Part shown: positions 1 to 11,889 of the stretch, one piece after another
Layout: every line of letters starts with the position of its first letter
Position numbering within the stretch: position 1 is the first letter of the stretch
NCBI GenBank assembly: GCA_951406725.2
Contig: OX597823.1
Coordinates: 31,992,001-32,056,000 of the forward strand
Length of the DNA: 64,000 nucleotides
Direction: 5' to 3'
From: Octopus vulgaris
Taxonomy: Eukaryota
Program-made: the position numbers and the translations under genes
Notes under the pieces: generated by a model
Seen by the model: only the letters and a program-made list of their open reading frames with translations
Told to the model about the DNA's origin: nothing
Databases searched by the model: none

Positions 1-585
1 AATACTGCTAAGGTCAACTTTGTCTTTCGTCCTTTTGGGGGTCGATGAAATAAGTACCAGTTGAACACTGGGGTTGATCAAATCGACTAGTTCCCTCCCC
101 AAAAATTTCAGGCCTTGTGCCTATTAGTAGAAAGGATTGTTATTATCATTGAGGTGATAAGCTGGCAAAATCGTGAGGATTCCAGGCGAAATTCTTAGCG
201 GCATTTCATCCATCTTTACTCAGAAGGGTTCAAATTCCACTGAGGTCAACTTTGCCTTTCATCCTTTTGGGGTTGATAGAATAAGAGCCTGTTAAGCACT
301 GGAGTTGATGTAATTGACTAATCCCTCTCCCAAAATTTCACGTCTTGTGCCTATAGGAGAAAGGAATCTACTATACGTACAAGGCCTGAAATTTGGTGGA
401 GTGGGGGGGGGGGAGCAGTCGATTAGATCGACTCCAATACACAATTGGTACTTGTTTCATTGACCCCTAAAGCATGGAAGATAAAGTCGACCTTGGCAGA
501 ATTTGAACTCAGAATGTTGCAACAGATGAAATACCACTACACATTTTGCTCAGCATGCTAATGACTCTGCCAGCTTACCAACTTA
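1..585. mobile_element. Cluster of three SINE-A copies (two +, one -)
   Basis: Same core as 34153-34385. Confidence 0.8.
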
Positions 586-596
586 ATAATAATAAT

Positions 597-1150
597 CATC
601 ATCATCTGTGTCGTCGTTTAACGTTCACTTTCCATGCTGGCATGGGTTGGACAGTTTGACTGAGGACTGGCAAGCCAGAAGGTTGCGCCAGGCTCCAATC
701 CAATCTGGCAATGTTTCTACAGCTGGATGCCCTTCCTAATGCCAACCACTCTGATAGTGTAGTGGGTGCTTTTTATGTGCCACCATCACAAGGTCCAGTC
801 AGGTGGTACTGATAATGGCCACACTTGAATGGTGCTTTCTACGTGCCACCTGCATGGAAGCCAGTCAGCCGGCACTAGCATCAACCACACTTGAACGGTG
901 CTTTTTATGCGCCACCGGCATGGGTGCAAATCAAGCAGTACTGTCATTGGTCACGACAATGACTTCATTTGCCTTAACAGGTCTTTGCAAGCACAGTTTA
1001 TTGTCCAATGATTGAAAGGTGCTCTTAAATGGGCTGGTTATGCTGCACTGGCATAGGCCACAGTTATGGTCTCTTTTGGCTTGCTGGGTCTTCTGTAGCA
1101 CAGCATATCTCCAAAGGTTTTGGTCGCTTGTCATCACATTGGTAAGGCCC
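597..1150 (-). mobile_element. RTE-clade LINE 3' end
   Basis: DQNLWRYAVLQKT C-terminus plus the 3' UTR shared with 23429-24345. Confidence 0.75.
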
Positions 1151-1152
1151 TC

Positions 1153-1183
<31 letters not shown>

Positions 1184-1913
1184 GTCTTAACTGGTATGTC
1201 ACACGTATTGAGAAGAGTATTGTTGTTGTGAAATTTCTTCCCCCTGCCCTTATTTTCTTAGTTTACTTCATTATTTTTTTATTTTCTCTCTGTCTTTCTT
1301 CCCCTTTTTCTCTATCACATGACTTTGTAAAAGGACAATCTGGTGTGTTTATTTCAATGGCCTGCCTATGTATACAAAGCGTTTCTCTGCTCTATGTGTC
1401 AGGAAGACACTCAGCAAGAGATGGAAACAGAATTGAAAGATGATGATGATGATAATTATAATAATAATGATAATGATGATGATAATGATGAAATTATAAC
1501 AATTCTTAACATTGATACCCTGTCAAAAATGTAAGGGAAGAGTTTTTAATTAATACCAGTAATTGATTTCATTTTAATTTGATTGACCTTTGCAAAGATG
1601 TGAAGGAAAAGTTGATCTTCATAGGATTTGAACTTAAAATGAAAGGAATCTAATTGAAGAGTCCCAACCACCACCACCAGCACCAAGGTATTTTGTCTGC
1701 TGCTCTACCGATTTTTCCACTCAAGATAGCCACAGTACTTATAGTAATACCTTCTTACATCAGCACATGGTCCTAAATTTAGAGAAAGGAAGCATTCGAT
1801 TAAACAGCCCCTAGTAGTTGAGTGTGGCTTTCTTCTTTGGCCCTAGAATGACAAAATGTGAAGCAGATTTTGGCACAATTTGAACTCAGGGCACAAAGAC
1901 AGTTCACAAGGTA

Positions 1914-2108
1914 CCATATTTGATGGCATATAAAATGCAAAATTTTTCCCAAAAAATATCTAAAAAAAAAAAATCACCTGGGTACCATATCTAAAGTTGG
2001 ACCTCCTGTAAGAACATGTGCACTAAAATCATTTTTTTCTTGAATATGTACTGTTGAAATTGAAGTGCATCTTGCAAGGCTGTCTATTTTTTATGCCATC
2101 AGATATGG
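1914..2108. mobile_element. Tc1/pogo-type MITE
   Basis: TIRs CCATATTTGATGGCATA / TATGCCATCAGATATGG with TA on both sides. Confidence 0.7.
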
Positions 2109-2167
2109 TAGTTTGTCTGACACTTGACCAATTTTACCACTCCACGGACCAAATGCTAATAATGATA

Positions 2168-3417
2168 TGAGAGTGGAGTGAAAAGTTCATAAGATGACTG
2201 TAAAGGAGTGACACTAGAGCTTCAAAATCTTGTGTGTATTAATTTCAACTCGTCTTGTTTTTTGCATTGTTTCTTTCTGGGTGAACTAACATCTGACTGT
2301 TCAAAATGATTTCAAAAGTAACAAGTAACTCTTGAAAATGGACAAAATATGGCATCATAGTGTTATCAAGTACCTGCAATAAAACGGGTTTTTAGCCCTC
2401 AAGAGCATTCATGCTGACACAATTCCTACATTAAGGGATAACACTCCAGCTTTCTCAACAGTGTAAAAGTGGGCAAATGAGTTTAGGAGAGGAAGGAAGA
2501 GTCCTGAAGATGATGCAAAGACTGGACGTCCTGCAACTGCCACCACCAAGGAAAACATTGATTGTGTTCCCCACGTGGTGATGGATGACAGGCAATTGAC
2601 TGTAAATCAAACAGCCAATGCTATTAGCATATCCTGTGTCAGAGTTAAGAATATTCTGTACTATGAACTTGGCACAGCAAAGGTTTCTGCCTGGTGGGTG
2701 CCATGTCTTCTGACACCTGATCAAAAGTGCACCAGGCTGATTACAACATAGGAAACTCTGACATTGTCTGAGGCAGGTCCTGCTGGTTTCCCTGAATGTT
2801 TCCTAATCTAGGATGAGTGTTGGTGTCATCACTTTCAGTCAAAGGTAAAGAGACAATCCACACAATGGAAACACTTCTCCTCACCTGCTCCAAAGGGAGG
2901 GTAATAGCCTCAGTTTTGGCGGATGCAAAAGGCATCATGTTTATTTACTATTCTCAAAATGGCCACACCATCAATGGAGAGTACTATGTCAACTTACTGA
3001 GACAGTTATGAAAGGCTATCAAGACCAAACACCCATGAAAGTTGACAAAAGAGGTCTTGTTTCATCAGGGCAATCCTCCAGGTTTCATTGACTGCTGTGC
3101 ATGACTGTGGCTTTGAACTTGTTGATCGCCCTCTGTATCATCCTGATTTGGCCCTATCTGACAATCATCTGTTCTCCAACATACAAAAAACACTTGGCTG
3201 AGCAGCAGTATTGCAGTGATGATGACATAATATCTGCTGTTGATGACTTTTATGACCAGAAGGATGAAAGTGTTTGCACCAATGGGAACCTAACACTGCA
3301 ATACTGATGGAAGAAGTGTGTGAACCGCAAGTGAGACTATGTTGAAAAATAAACTTCACTTGGTCACATTCCATAAGAGTATCTTGGTCAGCCTATGAAC
3401 TTTGCAGTCAACCCTCG
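2168..3417 (+). mobile_element. Full-length decayed mariner transposon (about 1.25 kb)
   Basis: Imperfect TIRs (TGAGAGTGGAGTGAAAAGTTCATA / TATGAACTTTGCAGTCAACCCTCG) flanked by TA. Remnant WVPCLL and LYHPDLALSD motifs with stops and frameshifts. Confidence 0.9.
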
Positions 3418-3470
3418 TAAAGTGCAATCTATAAATGATATTGTTTTCTATGGCCATTTTGAATACCTAC

Positions 3471-3649
3471 CTGTGTGTACGAAGAGGTGGCTTGTAGTTC
3501 TTTGGTCTTAGAAACCCCTTTGGAATCAAACAGTATTTTCTTAGCCATTCTCGAGTACCATATAAGCTTTTGTATTCAGAGAGGGTGACTCTTGACCATG
3601 GATTGGTTTCATACATATCAAGGGCTGCAACAGCTATAGCCTGGCCAAC
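3471..3649 (-). CDS. AGBL5: AGBL5 coding exon 9 (VGQAIAVAALDMYETNPWSRVTLSEYKSL...RTH)
   Basis: Translated by hand. Matches CCP5 VGRAMAIAALDM..CNPWPR. Acceptor is acAAG. The exon ends either at donor AG|GTAGGT or at an in-frame TAG (3467-3469). Confidence 0.9.
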
Positions 3650-4464
3650 CTTGTAAACACAAGTAAAAAGTGTTTAACATTATCATGTGTTTGTGTTTGT
3701 TTGTTTATTTGTTTGTTTGTGTGTGTGCGTGCATGCATGCGAGTGTGTGTTTTATATGGTACAAACTTTATTCATCCAAATTATAAATTATTTTGATAAT
3801 ATCAAGGCTTGTATAAAGCCACACATTTCATGCATAATATGTTTCTCCTGATATACATCCTCAGCCAGGCACACATCCATATTCTCTATCTATCACCTGG
3901 GGATTTGTGGATGACGAATGGTCATGATGTTTCATACAGGAGAGAAAAGGGTCAGGATGAATCAGTGCATCATAATAATAGTTACACACTCACTTTCACT
4001 GACACTGAAAAGAAATGGTATTAAGAGTGATCACTGAATAAAGAAAACTTACTGGGGAGAGAGGAGGAGGGGTACTACACAAAGTAAACCCAACAAAGGG
4101 ACCAGTTATTGTCAAAATGGCCATTAAAATTATGAAGAGAGAGAAAGCAAATGAACTATCTTAGGAATAACTATTGAGATGCTGGAAATATTGGTGAAGT
4201 AAGAGATTTGTCTATATCTATCTATCTGCCTGTCTATCTGCCTATCCATATCTATTTATTTGTCTCTCTATATCTATCTATCTTTGTGTCTGTCTGTCTG
4301 TCTGTCTGTCTATCCATAACTCTCTATCTGTCTGTCTGTCTATCTGTCTGTCTGTCTATCCATAACTCTCTATCTGTCTATCTATCTATCTATCTATTTA
4401 TCTAGCTAGCTAGCTAGCTATCTGTCTGTGTGTCTGTCTATCTATCTATCTATCTGTCTGTCTA

Positions 4465-4527
<63 letters not shown>

Positions 4528-4564
4528 GCCTGCCAATCAATCAATCAATGTATGTATGTATGTG

Positions 4565-4611
<47 letters not shown>

Positions 4612-4668
4612 AATCATACCAGTAGATAGATATATATAGAACCAAAGAATGAATGAAGTAAAACTTAC

Positions 4669-4804
4669 ATCTTCATAGATGCTGGGAGTATATTTTGGAG
4701 GAATACCAACAATAGAAGTTGGAGAAGCTCTACCTTTGTCTCCGTAAGCAGGGGGAATGGCATTCATAACTTTACCAGTGTTGTAATTACACTCTAGAGT
4801 ATAG
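4669..4804 (-). CDS. AGBL5: AGBL5 coding exon 8 (SYTLECNYNTG...YED), contains the catalytic Glu
   Basis: SYTLECNYNTG motif. Poly-T/ttcAG acceptor, GTAAGT donor, phases 2/0. Confidence 0.95.
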
Positions 4805-5315
4805 CTGAAATTAAAAAAAAAAAAGAACTCTGTACTAAAATCAAAACAATAAACAAAAGAAAATACACACTGGAAGAACAACAGAATGGCAGAACTTTGC
4901 ACCTGGAATAGGACTTGAAAATTCATGGATCTGAAAGGAGTGGAGATGGGAATCCTAAAAGACTCGCTCGAGCCAGGGAGCATCCTTAATACCCGAACAG
5001 AGATCTTCAGGCCATGTTTGCACTTTAGGAAATTCCTGCTAGTGTTTTGGAATCTGCAAGATGGCAGCACAGCCAGAAGACAATAGCCAATGGCAAAGGA
5101 AGATAATTCCCTATTGCATGCCTTCGTAGCTTTTTGGAGACCGCAAGATGGCGGCATAGCTGGAAGTCAATAGTTGATAGCCAATAGTAAAGGGAGATAA
5201 TCCCCTTAACGAGACCTTTCCCCTCTCCATATTTTGAAGAGGTCTTGGGCCAACAGATTTTGGGGTCTGACGATACGCCATAGAAATAAACCCTTTGCCA
5301 GTAATATATATATAT

Positions 5316-5729
5316 CATCATCATCATCATCATCATCGTTTAACGTCCGTTCTCCATGCTAGCATGGGTTGGACGGTTCGACCGGGGATCTGGGAAGCCA
5401 GAAGGCTGCACCAGGCTCCGGTCTTATCTGGCAAAGTTTCTACAGCTGGATGCCCTTCCTAACGCCAACCACTCCGTGAGTGTAGTGGGTGCTTTTTACG
5501 TGCTGCCTGCACTGGTGCCAGGCGAGGCTGGCATCGGCCACGGTCGGATTGGTGCATTTTATGGAAGCCAGTCAAGGCGGCACTGGCTTCGGCTACGATT
5601 CGGATGGTGCTTTTTACGTGCCACCAACACGGAAGCCAGTCGAGGCGGCGCTGGCATCGGCCACAATTCGGATGGTGCATTTTATGGAAGCCAGTCGAGG
5701 CAGCACTGGCTTCGGCTACAATTCGGATG

Positions 5730-5735
<6 letters not shown>
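5316..5735 (-). mobile_element. RTE LINE 3' UTR copy with internal 50-70 bp tandem units
   Basis: (CAT)n-CGTTTAACGTCCG tail shared with many copies (about 8350-8585, 25096-25380, 27900-28060, 43125-43400, 46515-46625). Confidence 0.75.
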
Positions 5736-5781
<46 letters not shown>

Positions 5782-6415
5782 TTATCTGTTAGTGTCTATA
5801 GCTATTTGACTCCTTCTGTAGCTATCTGTATGCACCTGTAATTAGTTGGGTTGTGATGTAATTGCACCTGTGTATGCCATGTGATAGTATAGGGGTGCAT
5901 CATGTCATAAAGTATGGTAGTTAGATGTGTCATTTCACATGTGGTGGTACCTGGTTTGTAATGCCGTGTGTAATAATAAAAGCTAGGTGTATATGTATCA
6001 CATGTGATGGTAGTCAAAGAGGTCATGTCACATGTAGTGGTAGCAAAGAGTGTCATGTCACATGGGAAATAGTTGGAGGACTTATATCACATGGAGGTAC
6101 TTGAATGCATGATGACACATGTGGTAGTAGTTGGGTGGATCATATTGCATGTGCCAAGTGTGTTGTCATGCCACATGTGATAGTATTTGATGTGTAATGT
6201 CACATGTTGGTGGTTGGGTGGGTTATATGTATAATGGGAGCTAGTAGTGTCATACCACATACGGTGGTAGCTGGGTGGATCATATCATATGTGATCATAT
6301 CTGAGTGTGCCATTCCATTCCACATGTTGTGATAGGTAGGTATGACATGTCAAATACAGAAGGTAAAAAGGTGACACTGATAAGTTCAGTAAAGATGAAG
6401 AAAAGTTTCTTGTAC

Positions 6416-6585
6416 CTGTGAATGATACCTGTACACTTATGAATGGCTACACGTCCACTTCCTTCTTTTGAGAGTCCATCACGTTTGTCTCTGATGTACA
6501 TGTTGCGTTGGGAAAAATTGCAGGCATCAAATTCAAAATGTGCTGAATTCAGAGACACTAACTTTGGATAGAGCATATTTTGTAT
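6416..6585 (-). CDS. AGBL5: AGBL5 coding exon 7 ([25 protein letters not shown]...[17 protein letters not shown])
   Basis: Close match to CCP5 NMLYPKLISLNSAHF...KEGSGRVA. Acceptor tttAG, donor AG|GTACAA, phases 0/2. Confidence 0.95.
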
Positions 6586-6737
6586 CTAAAATATATAAGT
6601 GTATATGTGTGTGTAGATATATATATATATACATATAGTTGGAATTTACAACAAAAAAAAACAAAAAAAAAAAGATGAAGACGGATGTGTAAACAACAAA
6701 CAGATGTAGTAGTTTAATGCTCAGGAAGTGAAAAAGT

Positions 6738-6773
6738 CTTTTATGTTTCAAGCTTATGCTCTTCATCAGAAAG
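6738..6773 (-). ncRNA. Minimal hammerhead motif, slightly decayed
   Basis: CTTT-CTGATGA-A-GAGC(ATAA)GCTT-GAAACATA-AAAG. Sister copy at 26715-26750. Confidence 0.6.
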
Positions 6774-6849
6774 GAACACAGATATAAACAGGGAGAGAAA
6801 ATTGAAAAAGGTTTAGTACACATATATACTTAGAAAAAGAGAGACAAAT

Positions 6850-6896
<47 letters not shown>

Positions 6897-7700
6897 ATGT
6901 ACAGGCAGTGGTGAGGAGAGGAAATACATGTAGTCTGTTGGTGATGATGATGATGATGTGGAAGAGAAGTGGGAGGAGGTAGCTGATGATGTTGGCAGTC
7001 ACAATGATGAGGAAGTAGAGGATAGAAATAATAATGATAAATGTGAATCATTATCATTAAGTGTTTGTCTTCCGTGTTGGCATGGTTGGATGTTTTGAGA
7101 ACATCCAGCAGGTCAGAGAACTGTATTATGCAACAATATCTACTTTGGCATGGTTTCTACAGCTGGATGCTCTTCCTGACACCAACCACTTTATGGAGGG
7201 TATTGAGTGCTTTTTAAATAGTGAGGATGATGATCAAGATAATGAAGTGTGTGTGTAGTGCATGTGTGTGTGTGTGTTTAAGTGTAAGAGGTGTGCAGTG
7301 TGTGGGGGTAGATGAGTGCAAAAGAGAGATTGTGTGTGAGTGTGTGCGTATGTGTGTGTATGTGTGAGTGTGTGAGAGAGTGTGTATGTGTGTGCATGCG
7401 TGTGTGTGTGTGCGTATGTGTGTGTGTGTGTGCAGGTGTATATAAGAGCACATTTGGATGTGCAGGTGTATATAGTGTATGAATGTGTATGAGAGAGATA
7501 TGGAGTGTGTATATGTATGTATGAAAGATGCATTGTATGTGTGTCAGTGTGTTTATATATGTGTAGGAGACAGTGTGCATGTTTGTAGATGTTTTGAATG
7601 TTCAATATGTGTGTGTGCCTACAGTGTTTGTTTTGTGTGGGTTTGTGCATATGTAGATGTGTGTGTGTGTCTGTGTGTCTGTGTGTGTGTGTGTGTACTG

Positions 7701-8078
7701 ATTACCTCCACCTTAGCAAAGGTGGAGGTGTTATTTCCAGTCATATTTGTTTATTTGTTTGCTAGTCCATGGACAAGATATCTCAAGAAGCACTTGATGG
7801 ATTCAGATGAAACTCTCAGGGATGTTTGGCCACGTGACTGGCACGAACTGATTAGATTCTGGGATCAATCCAGTACTGGACAAGGATTCTGGATTATTTT
7901 TCTTGTTTTTCTTTCACTTAATTTTTGAGAGCTGTCAGGTTCATTTTTAGTATTCTCATTTGTGAGAGCAGTTGAGTTTATTTCAGATATTCTCATTTTA
8001 AAGATCATCTCCAACTAATCGTTGAGAGGACGTTGGTGTTGCTTTGGTGGAAGTTTGCGCTCTCTGAGTGCTCTTGTT
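7701..8078 (+). mobile_element. Helentron-associated (HINE/DINE-1-like) element
   Basis: 5' TTACCTCCACC...GGTGGAGGT hairpin, (GTTT) tract, 3' subTIR and GCGCTC/GAGTGC stem-loop. Second copy at 35524-35892. Confidence 0.65.
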
Positions 8079-8621
8079 TGCTATTTTTCCCAGTTGCATG
8101 CATAGAATGCTGTGACAGAGAGGTGTGTGTATATACTGTATATGAACATATACATGTCTGTGTGTGTTGTTACATCGTGTGTGTATGAATGTTGAATGTG
8201 TACAGTAATCCCTCACCATATCATGGTTTATTATTTAAGCTTACATCGATTCCTCCATGGTGTTGTTTTGCATTTATAATAAAATGAACATATGCAAATT
8301 ATAAAAATAAAAAAAATATACAGTACAGTACTGTTTCTACTTCATACCAGTGCTGCCTGACTGGCCCTTATGTCGGTGGCATGTAAAAAGCACCAATCAA
8401 GTGTGGTCAATGCCAGTGCTACCTGACTGGCCCTCATGCAGGCACTGCATAAAAAGCACCCACTACACTCTCGGAGTGGTTGGCATTAGGAAGGGCATCC
8501 AGCAGTAGAAACATTGCCAGATCAAACTGGAGTCTGTCCAACCCATACCAGCATGGAAAATGGACATTAAATGATGATGATGATGAGGAGGAGTTTAGGT
8601 ACAAGTGTTGCTGTTTTGAAC

Positions 8622-8678
<57 letters not shown>

Positions 8679-9204
8679 GTGTGTGTGTATGTGCATTTGT
8701 ACTTATTTGTCTTGTTTTCTTTTTTAAGTATGTGTGTTCTCTGCTCTGACAGGGGAGCAATGTGTGTTTAGTTTATGTGTATGTATGTGTGTGTTGTATT
8801 ACATAGTTATGTGCATACGTGCACGTGAATGAGTATGCTATGTGTATGTGACGTAATTAGGGAAAAGTGTAAAAGAAGGATGGGTTGGGAATTGATGCTT
8901 ACAGAGAGGTGAAAATTTGGAAGGAAAAAGAATTCTTGTTCCTTACAGATTTACGAATCTGGTGATCTAAGTAAGATAAAATGCTAAGAAATGTTGGAGA
9001 GAGACATCTGCTTTGTAGTTCCCTCAGACTATACATTTAACACAATTGACATTGAAAGCCAATATCTTCACAACACAATCTGTGACAACTACCTTAACAA
9101 CAATGATGATAGTAAATATATAAACTTTACAAAATTACTTCCAATCAAAGACGTTTACAGAATATTCTCAGCCATTCCTAGTCAGAAAAACATTGAAGAC
9201 TTAA

Positions 9205-9668
9205 TCCTTTTGTTACTGTATTTATTTTGAGATGCTCTGTGTTTCTTTCAATTAATTTTAAATATAACAAAGAATTAAGTAAAATAACTTTGTTATCATT
9301 CAGCTAGTGTTAGGAACATAAATTGTGACTAAGGTTTTTAATTCAAAACTTATGAAAACAAGACATTTGTCCTCAGAGCCAGAATCGGTTTCAGCCGGAT
9401 TGGTAACAAAAGGGTTAAGCTAGTGTTAGGAACATAAGTTGTGACTAAGATTTGGTGGAAGATTTTAATTCAAAACTTATGAAAACAAGACATTTGTCCT
9501 AAGAGCCAGAATCAGTTTCAGCCAGATTGGTAACAAAAGAGTTAAGCTAGTGTTAGGAACATAAATTGTGACTAAGGTTTGGTGGAAGATTTTAATTCAA
9601 AACTTATGAAAACAAGACATCTGTTCTCAGAGCCAGAACTGGTTTCAGCCGGGTTGGTAATGTAAGGG
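9205..9668. mobile_element. piggyBac-type MITE with a triplicated terminal segment of about 126 bp
   Basis: TTAA flanks and three tandem AGCTAGTGTTAGGAAC...AAGGGTTAA units. Confidence 0.75.
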
Positions 9669-9879
9669 TTAAAACGAAATACTGATGCTGTCATTTGCAA
9701 GAAAGAATAAAATTTTTAATTGCAATTTGCTATTTTATGTTTGTAAATTAAAATCAGAACAAGAGTCATGTAAAAAAGATGAAAAATAGTTTACATTTTT
9801 ATGTGAACTAGAGAAATAAATGTCAATTAATTGTAATTTATACTGAAAATAAGTATGTTAATCACTCCTTGATGCTCAC

Positions 9880-11019
9880 CTGTGAATCGTCAGCTTCCAA
9901 GAAGTTTCCATAGATAAAACAGCCTTTACGAGAGGCATGGCCATGTAAGTCAATATAGAAAGCAATGCCACTGTGTTGGGGCAATATTCTTCGGAATGCA
10001 CTGTTATTGAGATGAGCAGAAGAAGGAACATTACTTGGTGGTAATGTTCGATATCTGTCATGGTCTTCATCAGAACCATCATTTCTTGAGTTTGTTCTTT
10101 CTTCATCTGACTTACAATTGCATTCAACAGATTCTGAGTGAATCCTACATGCCTCTGTCTGGGTTATATCAGAGTTAGCTCCATTTGAAATTCTCAATGA
10201 TTCTAAATGCATTGTTAATTCAGAATCAATGGCTTGTGTCTGCTCTTCAGTTTTTGCTGAGTATTCTTTATTTAATGAACCATTCTTGATGCCTTTAGGG
10301 TCTGAAGAGTCTTCAGAATCAGATCTGCTGCCACTCGTTTGACTACACTGGTTTATTGATTTTACAGCTGGGGAGTTGCAAACGTTTAACTTGTTCTGAG
10401 TCATCCTATCGTAAGTGGAGAATGAATGGGGTCTCTTTGGCAAATCACCATCATATAAGTTCCGGCATTTATAACGAGATGCTAATAGGCATGCTTTATA
10501 ATTGAGTTCTCGATGAGATAACCCTGATCTAGTTGCATGAAGTGATTGGGTGATTTGGCATAAACCAATGTTTGTAATTTCAGGGAACTTAATAATGGAA
10601 TTGGTATCAATGGTTTTAGTAGTACTTGTATTACTGGTGGTAATAGTGGTAGAAGGGGTGTCAGTTTGTTTGGGTAATATATCTGTTGGAGGAAATTTGA
10701 TGTCTTTGTACATGTCTTTCTTTAGCCGATAGTTGACATGGTAATAAATAATGATACTTTTGGCAGCATATATGGACGGATTGAGTTCAAAGCTAGGGTC
10801 CCCGTACACTCTGTTTAAGTTCACCCCACGTGTGTCTGTCCGGTAATGACCATTCATGACACCGTCTGGATTTAGTATTGGAATCAACTTGAAGACAAAC
10901 TGCTTTCGTAGTTGAATTGACCGAGGATCATCAAGTCGAAGGATAAAATTTAAGAAACCATTAAATACAAAGCTGGAAGGAGTTTCACCTGGGTGGACAC
11001 GACTCGTTACTACAAACAC
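9880..11019 (-). CDS. AGBL5: AGBL5 coding exon 6, M14 carboxypeptidase core (SRVHPGE, NPDGV, NLNR, DLHGH) with a long insertion
   Basis: 1140-nt open exon carrying the Zn ligands HPGE and DLHGH. Acceptor ttcAG, donor CAG|GTGAGC, phase 0/0. Confidence 0.97.
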
Positions 11020-11889
11020 CTGAAGAAAAAAATTGATATAATTAATTGTTGTGAAATATAATAGAAAAAAAAAACAAAGAATTAAATGGTTATTAGATTA
11101 GAAATTAATTAGAATAAACTGTTTTTAAGGGAAACAATGAAACACAAGACAAATGTCCAAATGGATGCACAGTGGGATTGGGCCAGTGACCCTACAATTA
11201 CTAAGTGAACTTTTCTTGACCATATGAACCATGCCTATGCAGGAGTTGTAAAATCATATCAGATTACAGGATATGCAATAGGTGTCACATTTTCCAGGAA
11301 AGTTACCTGTTTACTTGTTAATAATTACAGCGAAGTTCTGAGCCGTGTTCCATGCCAAGGAGACATTTGATTTGATCAAAGTATTTTATAAAAACAAAAG
11401 ATCAACAAGTGAGTGTAACAGATTCAGAATTTCACTTGTAAGTGGTACCTGAAGTTTGTACAAGCTAAACAGTTTGACTGACTGACTTACCTGGCTGTCA
11501 GGAAAACACTGATGTATTGAAAATATTAAACGAAGCAAACCCAGACATAATTAAACTGTCAGTAAAGGTGATGTTAATTAATTTTTCTGACAGCACCATC
11601 AGACATTTATGTTGTTTTATCTGGAATGATCTGAAAAGTTTTGTGGTCAGAATTATCATAAAACTAGGTAAATTTGTGTCATGACAAGCAGTAAATTCTT
11701 AGCAAAACTATCATTCTATTTACGCAACAGCACATCACAGAACTATCTTCTTCATTTATTTATATATTTTTATAATAAATATATAAGTATTAACCCTTTA
11801 ATTACTATTTCTGTTGGAAAATATTTTATTTGTTTCAATTAATTGAGTAAATGATGAAGAATTTAGTAAAATTATTATTTATAATTTCT

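Noticed and set aside
1349-1391. Possible AGBL5 terminal exon (R-AEKRFVYIGRPLK-stop)
   Set aside because: Phase-compatible, but there is no homology support and the acceptor is only moderate.
4805-5157. N-terminal part of the 206-aa ORF upstream of exon 8
   Set aside because: Intronic read-through; CCP5 homology starts only at the 4804 acceptor.
9301-9670. Regularly spaced repeats resembling a CRISPR array
   Set aside because: Whole ~126-bp units repeat with no unique spacers; part of a MITE in eukaryotic DNA.
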